Shown: positions 26,850 through 35,793 of the stretch, piece by piece
Numbering within the stretch: position 1 is the first letter of the stretch
Layout: every line of letters begins with the position of its first letter
Assembly: GCA_044376115.1 (NCBI GenBank)
Contig: JBILLK010000001.1
Span: 352,001-416,000, forward strand
Source of the DNA: Polyangiaceae bacterium
Lineage (GTDB): Bacteria > Myxococcota_A > Polyangia > Polyangiales > Polyangiaceae
Direction of reading: 5' to 3'
Length of the DNA: 64,000 nt
The notes under the pieces: model-generated
Database searches by the model: none
Seen by the model: only the letters and a program-made list of their open reading frames with translations
What the model was told of the DNA's origin: nothing
Program-made: the position numbers and the translations under genes

Positions 26850-29608
26850 GACTTGCCCGCCACAGTAGCCGAGGGCTTGCGCGCTCTGCGCACGTCGATC
26901 GTCGCTAGCGCTTTGGCAGCCGCTTCACGAACAGTGGTAGAGGAGCCCCAACGCTGTTTTGCGACGGCTTGAAGCGCATTGCGCGTCTCCTCGGAATCGA
27001 AGGCCGCCAGCGCGTCCGCGGCCAACGTGCGCGAAGTCTCAACGGCTTCGTTGGAGAGCAACCGCCGCTTGGACAGAAGCTCGATCGCCACCGCTTCACC
27101 GCGAGCCGGACGCAGACTGCAAACGGTTGCGAGCAACTGTCGACGCTCGTCTGCAGCGAGATCATGGAAGGCGTCCGACTGGATCTTGCGCACCAGCACG
27201 GGACCTGCCGCCTGAACTCCAAGCCGCTCCACCGATTGCAGGGTTCTCGCGCGCACTTCCTTTTCGGGAGCCTCGAGGAGGTGATTGATCTCGTCGCGAG
27301 CACGCTCACCAACGGTTTCTCCCATGCGCGCCAAGGCCGCGAGCTTCACTTCGATATTTGGGTTGCTCAGCGCGGCGTCCATGGCCAACGGCAAGCTGGC
27401 TAGCTTCTGGTCCGCCAATAGATCGAGGAGAAAGCTGGCCAGCTCCGGGCCCGCTCGCTGGACGAGGGTGACGATCTGCGCCTCTTCGCCCACCGCCCAG
27501 GTTGCGACGTAGTCCTTCATGACCACGCGAATCGGCTCGTACGTGGCCGCATCCAAGCACTCGCAGGCGAGTCCAAACACGGCGCCAGAGCCGACCAAAG
27601 AGAGAGCGCGCGCCAACGAGCTGATCAGCTCCTTGGGTGGCGCGTTGCCTTCACCCACCCAGGCGCCCTTTCGTTCGCTGGCCATGGCCATCATCAGCGA
27701 GCGCAGAACCTCAATCGGGAAGAGAATCGTCGCGGTCTCGATCTCGAGCTCTTCAGCATCTCGTTTGCCGCATTGCTCGCGCAGCGCAGCGGTCAACTTC
27801 TCATGGAACTCGAAGACCTTGTCAGCCGCAGAGAGCGCGAGCTGATCCTCGACCCAACTTCGCATCGCTCGCGCGACGACGTCATGATCGCCGCGAGCTT
27901 TCGCATCGTCATAGGCCGGGACAAAAGCGTCGACGAAGGAGCTGAGCCAACGCTCCGGCGGCTGAGCCAGCTGAGCGCCCATCGTCGCCCGGGTTACTGG
28001 GTCCAGCGCCAGAGAAAGCGCTGAGTCTCCGGCCTCATGAAGCCGCGCCATCAGATTCTGTTCGAGCGCCTGCTCCTCCAGCCCCGCGTCGTCAAAGTCC
28101 TTGTCGAGGTTCGCTAGTTCCAGCGCTTTGTCTGCGAGCTCGTGCCAGTTGGCGACATGGTCTGGTTCGAGTGACTCCCCTTCACTGAAGGAGTCGACGG
28201 CGAGGTAGGCAACGTGTTCAAAGCGGCGGTCCCACAAGGCAGTGACCGAGTCGTCATCGACCTCAAACATGGTCGATACGTCGCGCAGCAAGATGGCGAT
28301 GAAGTCCCGCAGCTCCTCCTCGGTCAGGCCGGGCTTGAACTGAACCTTGCGAATACCGTCAGCGAAGAGTTGGTGCGGAATGCGATCGAACGGCACTCGA
28401 TCGGGCTTCCAAATAGGCTCCTTCTCGAAGACGAAGCCACTGCTATCCACGTCCCAGCGCACCGAATGCGCACTGTTCGCCAGCGCTGAACCGATCTCAG
28501 CGAAGGTGACGCCCAAGGCCTTTACTGTCTGAGGGTGCGCCAGGCCGTACTGGCGAACGCTCGCAAGGGCTGCCGACAACTGCTTGAAGATTGAGATCAG
28601 CCGGTCGCGCTGCTCATTGGTCTGAAACTCACTGAGTTCCGGCCCTTCATCGATAGCGTCATTGCTGCGAACGACGACGCCTGTCGCCCCTTTACGGGCA
28701 GCCTTGATCTGACCCGAGCGCAACCCCGATGCGAGCCGCAGTAGCGCCGAACGCATGTCGCCCGCCGATTGAAAGCGATGATTGCGATCGAACGCCAGCG
28801 CGCGGTCCACGAACGCCACCACCTCCAGCGGTAGATCCGGCGCTTTTCTCGCCACCGAAGTGGCGGCTTGCGTCGCCGCAAGGATGAACTCCTCGGCTTC
28901 CGACTTCCCTGCATTGAGTCGCTCGCCGGTGACCCCTGTGTAGAGACACGCGCCGACGCTGAACAAGTCCGCGCGACCATCCATCTTGTCCATCCCGAGC
29001 GCTTGCTCGGGGGCGATGAAGGACGCGGTACCGAGCGCAATACCGGCCCGAGTGGCCTCCGCTGCGCCCTCAGCCTCTCTCATCCGCGCGACGCCGAAGT
29101 CGAGCACGCGGACGGCCGATTGCTTGGTTAGGAAGATGTTCGCCGGCTTGATGTCGCGGTGAATGATGCCGAGTTCGTGACAGCGCCCCAGCAGGTCGAG
29201 CACTGGATCGAACACGCCAAGCAGCTTCTCCAGCGGCATTCGACCTCCGCTCCGCTTCAGCAGCTCGCCCAGCGTCATACCCTCGAGCAGCTCCATCACG
29301 AGGAACGGCTCTCCTAGCGACGAGATGCCGTCGTCCACCACCGCGACCCGCGCTGGGTGATCGACGCGGTTGGCGATTTTTCCTTCTCGCAGGAAGCGCT
29401 CGCGGACATCGATGGCAGCTGCGAACTCCGAATGGAGCACCTTCAGCGCGGCGCGTGTGCCGTTGTTCTTGTGAGTTGCGGCAAAGACTGCACCCATACC
29501 GCCGACCCCAAGGACGCGGTCAATACGCCACTTTTCCGTAAGGTCGGTGCCGACACGTCGGGCCGCCTTCTTGGACGGGCTCAGCTTTTCGGGTCCGTGC
29601 TCTGCCAT
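26846..29608 (-). CDS. Cytoplasmic Ser/Thr kinase fused to a HEAT-repeat region
   Basis: GVGGMGAV, ALK, HRDIKPAN, DFG and FIAPEQ; C-terminal HEAT-like units (NIEVKLAAL, KEVRARTL, TTVREAAAKAL); no TM helix seen. Confidence 0.88.
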   Translation of the reverse strand: MAEHGPEKLSPSKKAARRVGTDLTEKWRIDRVLGVGGMGAVFAATHKNNGTRAALKVLHSEFAAAIDVRERFLREGKIANRVDHPARVAVVDDGISSLGEPFLVMELLEGMTLGELLKRSGGRMPLEKLLGVFDPVLDLLGRCHELGIIHRDIKPANIFLTKQSAVRVLDFGVARMREAEGAAEATRAGIALGTASFIAPEQALGMDKMDGRADLFSVGACLYTGVTGERLNAGKSEAEEFILAATQAATSVARKAPDLPLEVVAFVDRALAFDRNHRFQSAGDMRSALLRLASGLRSGQIKAARKGATGVVVRSNDAIDEGPELSEFQTNEQRDRLISIFKQLSAALASVRQYGLAHPQTVKALGVTFAEIGSALANSAHSVRWDVDSSGFVFEKEPIWKPDRVPFDRIPHQLFADGIRKVQFKPGLTEEELRDFIAILLRDVSTMFEVDDDSVTALWDRRFEHVAYLAVDSFSEGESLEPDHVANWHELADKALELANLDKDFDDAGLEEQALEQNLMARLHEAGDSALSLALDPVTRATMGAQLAQPPERWLSSFVDAFVPAYDDAKARGDHDVVARAMRSWVEDQLALSAADKVFEFHEKLTAALREQCGKRDAEELEIETATILFPIEVLRSLMMAMASERKGAWVGEGNAPPKELISSLARALSLVGSGAVFGLACECLDAATYEPIRVVMKDYVATWAVGEEAQIVTLVQRAGPELASFLLDLLADQKLASLPLAMDAALSNPNIEVKLAALARMGETVGERARDEINHLLEAPEKEVRARTLQSVERLGVQAAGPVLVRKIQSDAFHDLAADERRQLLATVCSLRPARGEAVAIELLSKRRLLSNEAVETSRTLAADALAAFDSEETRNALQAVAKQRWGSSTTVREAAAKALATIDVRRARKPSATVAGKS

Positions 29609-29773
29609 GCTCGAGTGCCGTTTGGCACCGCTGTCAAATCTACCACGGGAAGATCCTAGTGAAGTCTCTTTGAGCTACCCATCGACCGCAACGCGAGTTC
29701 AGGCGACAATTGAACCGCACTGGATACCGTCCCGCCCTCACGAGCGGCGACCGGATTGTGACGGGATTGGCCG

Positions 29774-30619
29774 ATGGGGGACAACAAACAGCCAAGCGGA
29801 CTTGATGAGAGCAGAGCGCCTCGACCTCAAGCCGGCGACGGCGCTGAGCTTGCTGCGGCTTGGCTGGCAACCGCCAGTTCAGTCGGCGACCGGGAGGTCC
29901 GCGCAAAGGTGATCTCGCGCAGCGTCAGCAGTTCCCCCATCTCGGAGATCGCCGCCGCGCTGGAGCTCATCTGTTTGCGCGCGGAGCAGGCTGACTCTCA
30001 CGCTTTGGACGTCTTGGCGTCCTGGGTTCCGCACGTCACCGACGAAGCCAACGCCGACTACTGGACGTTGGTGCGTCAAGCCGCAGAAGAGCACCACCTG
30101 CTGGCAGTTGGCCGGCTGCTGCGTCGCAGGAAACGGTCGGTCATGGACTCCGGCAAGGACCCTGATGAGCGTCCTCTAGCGAACCTTCCTGAAGGGAGGG
30201 CGCTGACGCTCGGAGAACGCAAGAGCCTCGCTCGCGGCCGAGATCGCTTCATGATCGACAGGTTGCTCCGGGATCCGCACCCGCAGGTCATTCGCAACGT
30301 ACTGTCCAATCCGCGCGTGATCGAAGACGACATCATTCGGCTCGCCGCCAGGCGCCCAACCTACCCCGACGTGCAAGGTGAGATCGCGCGGAGTCCTCGT
30401 TGGGGTCACAGGCCACGTGTGCGGCTCGCCTTGGTGCAAAATCCCTTCACCCCAACGGCCATCTCAGTTCCGCTGGTCGCGTTGCTGCTGCGACCCGACC
30501 TGGAGTCGGTGGTCGCTGCGACCAATCTCTCGGTGACCGTACGGGCCGCGGCTGCTGAACGACTGCAACGAAGACCGCCGCTACGCACCGAGGTGGATAC
30601 GGAACCGGAGCCGACCTGA
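29774..30619 (+). CDS. Conserved hypothetical helical-repeat (LRV/HEAT-like) protein
   Basis: LLRDPHPQVIRNVLSNP and RVRLALVQNPFTP repeats. Confidence 0.6.
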   Translation: MGDNKQPSGLDESRAPRPQAGDGAELAAAWLATASSVGDREVRAKVISRSVSSSPISEIAAALELICLRAEQADSHALDVLASWVPHVTDEANADYWTLVRQAAEEHHLLAVGRLLRRRKRSVMDSGKDPDERPLANLPEGRALTLGERKSLARGRDRFMIDRLLRDPHPQVIRNVLSNPRVIEDDIIRLAARRPTYPDVQGEIARSPRWGHRPRVRLALVQNPFTPTAISVPLVALLLRPDLESVVAATNLSVTVRAAAAERLQRRPPLRTEVDTEPEPT

Positions 30620-30629
30620 GCCCGATCCG

Positions 30630-31754
30630 TTACTGCAGCGTGCTTCGAGCGAAGCCCATGGCGTGAGCCTGCGCCGCCGAAGTCTCACCGCGTCGCCACA
30701 ACACGGCGTCCAAGATGTAGTGCGTTGCTTGAGGAACCATCAACAATGGCACCACGAGCTTGAGCCCGATTTCCGACAGCTCGAATGGCGGTAGAAACCC
30801 AAACAGCGCCTCGTGGGTGTGCCACACCAAGCGATCCCAAAGCAGTTCCTCGAGGAAGGCGAGAGCCACCAACACGGCCAAAAAGCCCAGCACACCTTTA
30901 CCAACGATCGAGCGTACGAGCCCCGCGGACACGAGCGCTCTTCGCTTGGCGTACATGAACAGGAGCACGAAGTACGGCGCGCCGTGGGTCACGACGTTCG
31001 CCGCGGTGAAGGTGAAATCCCCATTGGTAGCGACGATGCCGACGTACCAAGTGAGGGCGGTCGAGGTCACGACGAGGTGCTTGCCGAGCTCGATCGAGCG
31101 ATGGCGAAACGCGCGCCTCACGGCGTTGACGCAATACAAAACTAGCAGCGCCAGATAGCCAATGAACGCCCCTTGCAACCAAGCTCCGTCGGCGACCGCC
31201 ACAAAATCTCCGGGGACGAACCACTCGAACCGGCGTGGCAAATGGGCGTGCCAATGGAGCACCGGGTAGAGCGTGGCCGCGTATACCGTCAGGTCATCGA
31301 GGATGCGCTCACGAACGTGATAAGGCAGGCCTGCACTGACTGCGCGCGCTCGGTAGATGGCGACCCAACCAACCTGTTGGCGAATGAAATGGAGCAGCGC
31401 CAGATAGGCGAGCACCGTCCACAACCGCTCGGGGGCGAGGACGCTCACACCGACGAGCACCAGCAGCGCCCCCAACGGCGCTAGCGCATAGAGCCGTGGC
31501 CGTCGTTTCAGCTCACTGAGGTCGAAGTAGGTTCGAAACAGCGTCGAGTAGACGTGTGCGACGTCGATACCAATGACGAACACCAGGAAGGCCCAAGCAC
31601 CACCCTCGTCGTTCGGCGCCAACCACGGAGCCAAAGCGACGAAGGTCAAGGCGACCGCCGCAGCGCCTGCAAAAGCCGAGATATCGAGCGCTGGCCCCCA
31701 CATCCAGGGGCCTGCCGTCAGGGCGCGAGCGGGCCGCGCGGCCGCGTGGCCCAC
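30630..31754 (-). CDS. Polytopic membrane protein with His motifs
   Basis: DVAHVYST, HFIRQQVG, HGAPY and HYILDAVLW among many TM helices. Confidence 0.6.
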   Translation of the reverse strand: MGHAAARPARALTAGPWMWGPALDISAFAGAAAVALTFVALAPWLAPNDEGGAWAFLVFVIGIDVAHVYSTLFRTYFDLSELKRRPRLYALAPLGALLVLVGVSVLAPERLWTVLAYLALLHFIRQQVGWVAIYRARAVSAGLPYHVRERILDDLTVYAATLYPVLHWHAHLPRRFEWFVPGDFVAVADGAWLQGAFIGYLALLVLYCVNAVRRAFRHRSIELGKHLVVTSTALTWYVGIVATNGDFTFTAANVVTHGAPYFVLLFMYAKRRALVSAGLVRSIVGKGVLGFLAVLVALAFLEELLWDRLVWHTHEALFGFLPPFELSEIGLKLVVPLLMVPQATHYILDAVLWRRGETSAAQAHAMGFARSTLQ

Positions 31755-31760
31755 GCGCGA

Positions 31761-32018
31761 TCAGCCCTTGATGGCGGACGAGATGATCAGCGACAGTCCG
31801 ATGATGATCGACCCGATCACGATCCCGAGCGACGTGTTCTGGTCATGCTCGATCTCCTTGCGCAGCGAGAACGGCGCGACCTTAGCCATGATGGCGAAGG
31901 CGATCGCAAAGACGATCAACCCCACGAAGGCGAAGATGAGCGTGAAGAGAATCGGCTCGATGTAGCGCGCCATCAGCGAGTCGCCGGAGGGTGTAAACGC
32001 CACGAGTATGCTAGTCAT
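31761..32018 (-). CDS. DUF350-family small membrane protein
   Basis: PFSLRKEIEHDQNTSLGIVIG signature; GGAGG RBS before ATG 32018. Confidence 0.8.
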   Translation of the reverse strand: MTSILVAFTPSGDSLMARYIEPILFTLIFAFVGLIVFAIAFAIMAKVAPFSLRKEIEHDQNTSLGIVIGSIIIGLSLIISSAIKG

Positions 32019-32097
32019 CGGTCCTCCCACGGAACTACCGCCGCGATGGGGACGACCTTAGCGCGGGTTTTGCGTCGCGAGAAGTTTGTCGAGAGCC

Positions 32098-33090
32098 ATG
32101 CCCCACGTTCGCCCAGCGTTTCTCTGTCTGCTCCTTGTAAATTGCACGGCGGAGCACGCCCAAGGGACGGCGCAAACCACCGCTCCAGGTCGGCTTGCCG
32201 CCACTGGTTCAGCGCTTGGGTCGGCTTTGCCGGCTCCTGCGTCGGCAAACGCCAGCTCAGCGTCTGGAGCCGCGCTGCCAACGGCGAAACCGCAAGAGCC
32301 AGCCAAACGCCCACGCCCGGTCTTCACCCCACCGGCGGACGGAAAACGCGGAACCACCATCGACTTCGACTACGACGGCAGTGACCGACGCGACCGCAGC
32401 AGAGCCTATTCCGGCCGCATTTTTCTACATCGCGCGGTGTATGAAGCAGACGGTGCGCTGCCGTTGATCGTCTTCTTCCACGGGCTCAACAAGGACCTGA
32501 TCCCCCATCGGTGGATGGGAGGCGGCAACGAAGGGGACGTCCGCGAGATCCTGTCGGACCTACTGGATCGCAAAGCGATCGCGCCCGCGATTCTTGCTGG
32601 ACCTGGTTCGGTACAAAAGGCCGCGGTGTCCACGGGTTCCAGCTTTCCGATCTTCGACTTTGACGCCTTCGTCGACCAAACCATCGCGGCGCTCGATCCG
32701 GGGTTGCCCATCGATCCGAAGCGCATCGTCGTTCTTGGGCACTCCGGCGCCGGTTGCAGCGAGAAAGGGGGCATCGTTGCGGCGCTCAGTTCGACCCGGC
32801 CAATTCACGCAGTGGTCTCGATCGATACCTGCATGCCCGGATCGCTCGCCTCCGCGCTCGGAGCAGCCTCCGCCACGACCAACGTGGTCGTCACCTGGCA
32901 AACCGCGTCGTGGACGCGTGAATTCGATCACTTTCGGAAGGTGTTCGAGGGCGCAACGAAGAAGCACCCCCCCGCGCAGGGCACGTTGCGCGAGCTTGAT
33001 CGGCTACCCAACCTTCCGCGCTCGCACGACGCCACCGTCAAGCAGACGTTCGACAAGTGGCTGCCTCAACTGCTCCCCCCTGCGCCCTGA
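32098..33090 (+). CDS. Exported alpha/beta-hydrolase, probable lipoprotein
   Basis: Signal peptide ending LLVNC, LIVFFHG, GHSGAG nucleophile elbow and a late His. Confidence 0.6.
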   Translation: MPHVRPAFLCLLLVNCTAEHAQGTAQTTAPGRLAATGSALGSALPAPASANASSASGAALPTAKPQEPAKRPRPVFTPPADGKRGTTIDFDYDGSDRRDRSRAYSGRIFLHRAVYEADGALPLIVFFHGLNKDLIPHRWMGGGNEGDVREILSDLLDRKAIAPAILAGPGSVQKAAVSTGSSFPIFDFDAFVDQTIAALDPGLPIDPKRIVVLGHSGAGCSEKGGIVAALSSTRPIHAVVSIDTCMPGSLASALGAASATTNVVVTWQTASWTREFDHFRKVFEGATKKHPPAQGTLRELDRLPNLPRSHDATVKQTFDKWLPQLLPPAP

Positions 33091-33091
33091 T

Positions 33092-33766
33092 ATGGTGTCG
33101 GCGATGCCGTCGGTTTTCAAAGCAAACACCGCTCGCGTGGCCGGTTGGCTCTGGGCGTTGAGCGTCGTCGGCTGCGCCGGACAAGCGGTTTGCGACAAGG
33201 ATCGGCCTTGCAGCGATGGGCTCGGCTGCGTGGTCGGCCGCTGCATTCAACCGTCGGCAGAGGTGGTCGCGCTCGAGTCGAAGCGCATCGTGCTGAGCCC
33301 CACGGCGCTCACCGTGGTCGATCGAAGCGGCGGTTCGGACGTCGAGGCGGTGGTCGCGCTCGGAACGTCGAGGCGCGGAGAAACCAGGGTCCTCTTGCAG
33401 TTTGAAGCCGGCTTTGGGCCGGAGGTCGAGGTACAGCGCGCCTTTCTCGTGCTGCACGGCGAGCAGTCAGCGCTGGGTCCGAGCTCAGAAGTCGTGCTCG
33501 AGGCGGCGCCGATTCTCTCGGCGTGGAGTCCAGCGTCCACGTCCTGGGGCCGTCAGCCCTCGATTGGTCTTCCTACAGCGAGCCTACGTCTGAGCCGCGC
33601 AAACAAAGCCCCGCTGCGATTCGACGTCACCGAGTCGCTGCGTTCGGTTCGCAACCGCCAGTATGGTCTAGCCATCGTGGGCACTGGCAGCGACCCGATC
33701 GGTGTGCGGGTCGACCTCGGAGCAGGTGCACCTCGCGGCCCGCGCCTCGAGGTTTTCATCGAGTAA
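33092..33766 (+). CDS. Lipoprotein with 4-Cys module and DNRLRE/CBM96-like domain
   Basis: Lipobox VVGC; RVLLQF ... TSWGRQP ... FDVT ... YGLAI ... PRLEV pattern; start reassigned within ORF 32594..33766. Confidence 0.6.
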   Translation: MVSAMPSVFKANTARVAGWLWALSVVGCAGQAVCDKDRPCSDGLGCVVGRCIQPSAEVVALESKRIVLSPTALTVVDRSGGSDVEAVVALGTSRRGETRVLLQFEAGFGPEVEVQRAFLVLHGEQSALGPSSEVVLEAAPILSAWSPASTSWGRQPSIGLPTASLRLSRANKAPLRFDVTESLRSVRNRQYGLAIVGTGSDPIGVRVDLGAGAPRGPRLEVFIE

Positions 33767-33775
33767 CCATCGACC

Positions 33776-34801
33776 ATGTCCGCGCTGCTCTCTGTTTCAG
33801 GCCTCTCGGTATCGGCCCATACCCCAGCCGGTTCAATGCCGATCGTGCAAGGCGTTTCGCTCACGGTCGACCGTGGTGAAGCGGTGGCACTCGTCGGCGA
33901 GTCGGGCTCCGGCAAGAGCGTGCTGATGAGCGCTTTGTTGCGGCTATTGCCTAGCGGTCTCTCGCATGATTCAGGCGCCATCAACTTTCGCGGGCAAAGG
34001 CTCGATGAGCTGGGAGAGAGCGAGCTTTGCAAGCTGCGTGGCCGACACCTCGCGCTGGTACCGCAAGAGCCTAAGTCAGCGTGGAATCCGGTGCTGACGA
34101 TTGGCTCGCAGGTGCAGGAGAGTTTGCTGCTGCACAAGCTTTGCAATCGCCGCGAAGCCAAGGAGCGCACACTCACTTGGCTTGAGAACGTTGGGCTACC
34201 GCAGCCTGTGCAAACCTTTGCGGCCTACCCGCACGAAGTTTCAGGCGGCATGCTACAGCGGGCGCTCGTGGCAGCGGCGTTGGCCAGCGAGCCCGATTTA
34301 TTGATCGCCGATGAGCCCACCGCGGCAATGGACCGAACCACCGAGCACGCGCTGCTCTCACTGCTCGTCGCAGAACAGCGACGTCGAGGCCTTTCGCTGC
34401 TGCTCGTCTCGCATGATCTGGTGCGGGTCTCGTCGATGGCTGACCGCACCTATGTGCTCTACGCGGGAGAAGTCGTGGAGGAAGCTTCTCGCGAAGGGCT
34501 CGAGAACGCTCGCCATCCCTATACCCGCGCCCTGCTCGCGAGCCGTCCAAACCCAGCGCGTCTTCGGGGCGACCCAGCGCTCTCGCGTCGTTTGGCCGTC
34601 CTACCGGGAAGCCCGCCGCGCTTCGAGCGGCTCCCCGGCGGCTGCCGTTTTGCGCCTCGATGCTCCGAGCGATTCGAGCGCTGCCTCGATCATCCGCCGC
34701 TAACATCGGGGGTCGCCGGTGCTATTCGCTGCTACGCGGCGATCACGTTGAACCCAGAAGCAAACTCCGACGAAACGCAACCGAAGGAAGCTTCAGCGTG
34801 A
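33776..34801 (+). CDS. oppD: Oligopeptide/dipeptide ABC transporter ATPase (OppD/DppD type)
   Basis: GESGSGKS, YPHEVSGGMLQR, IADEPT, HPYT and GCRFAPRC. Confidence 0.85.
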   Translation: MSALLSVSGLSVSAHTPAGSMPIVQGVSLTVDRGEAVALVGESGSGKSVLMSALLRLLPSGLSHDSGAINFRGQRLDELGESELCKLRGRHLALVPQEPKSAWNPVLTIGSQVQESLLLHKLCNRREAKERTLTWLENVGLPQPVQTFAAYPHEVSGGMLQRALVAAALASEPDLLIADEPTAAMDRTTEHALLSLLVAEQRRRGLSLLLVSHDLVRVSSMADRTYVLYAGEVVEEASREGLENARHPYTRALLASRPNPARLRGDPALSRRLAVLPGSPPRFERLPGGCRFAPRCSERFERCLDHPPLTSGVAGAIRCYAAITLNPEANSDETQPKEASA

Positions 34802-35793
34802 CCGACGAACGTAAACCCACGAAGGAACGGCCGAAGCCGCTGCTGCGCGTCGACGGTCTGTCAAAGACCTACTCGAAGAAGGTGGGCCTACTCTCTCGGC
34901 CGGAGATCCAGCACGCGGTCTGGGGCGTCTCCTTCGACATCAGCGCTGGTCGAACAGTGGCGCTCGTTGGAGAGTCTGGTTGTGGCAAGAGCACGCTTGG
35001 CCGGCTGCTCGTTCGCTTGATTGAGCCGACGTACGGTCGCATTTTCGTCTCGGGTCGTGACGTCACGCAGATGAGCGACGCTGAGTTTCGACCCTACCGA
35101 AAGCGGCTCCAGATCGTCTTTCAGGATCCAGAGACTTCACTCAACCCGCAGCTAACCGTGCGGTCGATCGTGTCGGAAGGTGCCATCGCATTTGGGCTAG
35201 CGAGCGGTAGCGCGTTGGAGGACCTGATCGCTACCGAGCTTTCAGCAGTTGGCCTTTCACCCGACGCACTCGATAAGTACCCCGATCAATTCAGCGGCGG
35301 GCAACGCCAACGAATCGCGATCGCTCGCGCCATGATTCTCAAGCCCGAGTTCGTCGTATGTGACGAGATCGTCAGTGCCCTCGATGCATCGGTACAAGCG
35401 CAGATCTTGAACCTTCTGCTCGATCGTCAGGCTGAAAGCAACGTGAGCTATCTGCTGATCACGCATGATCTGGCCGTTGCCGAGCAAGTGTCGCGCACGA
35501 TGCTGGTGATGTTTGCTGGGCGAATCGTCGAGATGGGTCGCACCGAAGAAATCGCGGTTGCGCCGAGGCACCCCTACACGCAAGAACTCTTCGCCGCCGC
35601 GCCCAAGCTCGGTGGCGAACCGCCCAAACTTTCGAGCACCAAGCTGCCGACCCTCGCTGCGGCCACCACGGGCTGCGCGTTCCGCTTGCGTTGCCCAGCA
35701 GCAGAGCCTGGTCTGTGCGATGGTGACGCGCCGAGCCTGCAACCGGTCTCGAGCGGGAGCAACCACCGGGTGGCCTGTTTCAAAGCGACTTAA
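34798..35793 (+). CDS. oppF: Oligopeptide/dipeptide ABC transporter ATPase (OppF/DppF type)
   Basis: GESGCGKST, FSGGQRQR, CDE and HPYT; GTGA overlap with oppD. Confidence 0.85.
   Translation: MTDERKPTKERPKPLLRVDGLSKTYSKKVGLLSRPEIQHAVWGVSFDISAGRTVALVGESGCGKSTLGRLLVRLIEPTYGRIFVSGRDVTQMSDAEFRPYRKRLQIVFQDPETSLNPQLTVRSIVSEGAIAFGLASGSALEDLIATELSAVGLSPDALDKYPDQFSGGQRQRIAIARAMILKPEFVVCDEIVSALDASVQAQILNLLLDRQAESNVSYLLITHDLAVAEQVSRTMLVMFAGRIVEMGRTEEIAVAPRHPYTQELFAAAPKLGGEPPKLSSTKLPTLAAATTGCAFRLRCPAAEPGLCDGDAPSLQPVSSGSNHRVACFKAT

Noticed and set aside
29615..29628. GTGCC-N4-GGCAC inverted repeat before the kinase operon
   Set aside because: Short GC-rich arms likely by chance; sigma54 spacing not met on either strand
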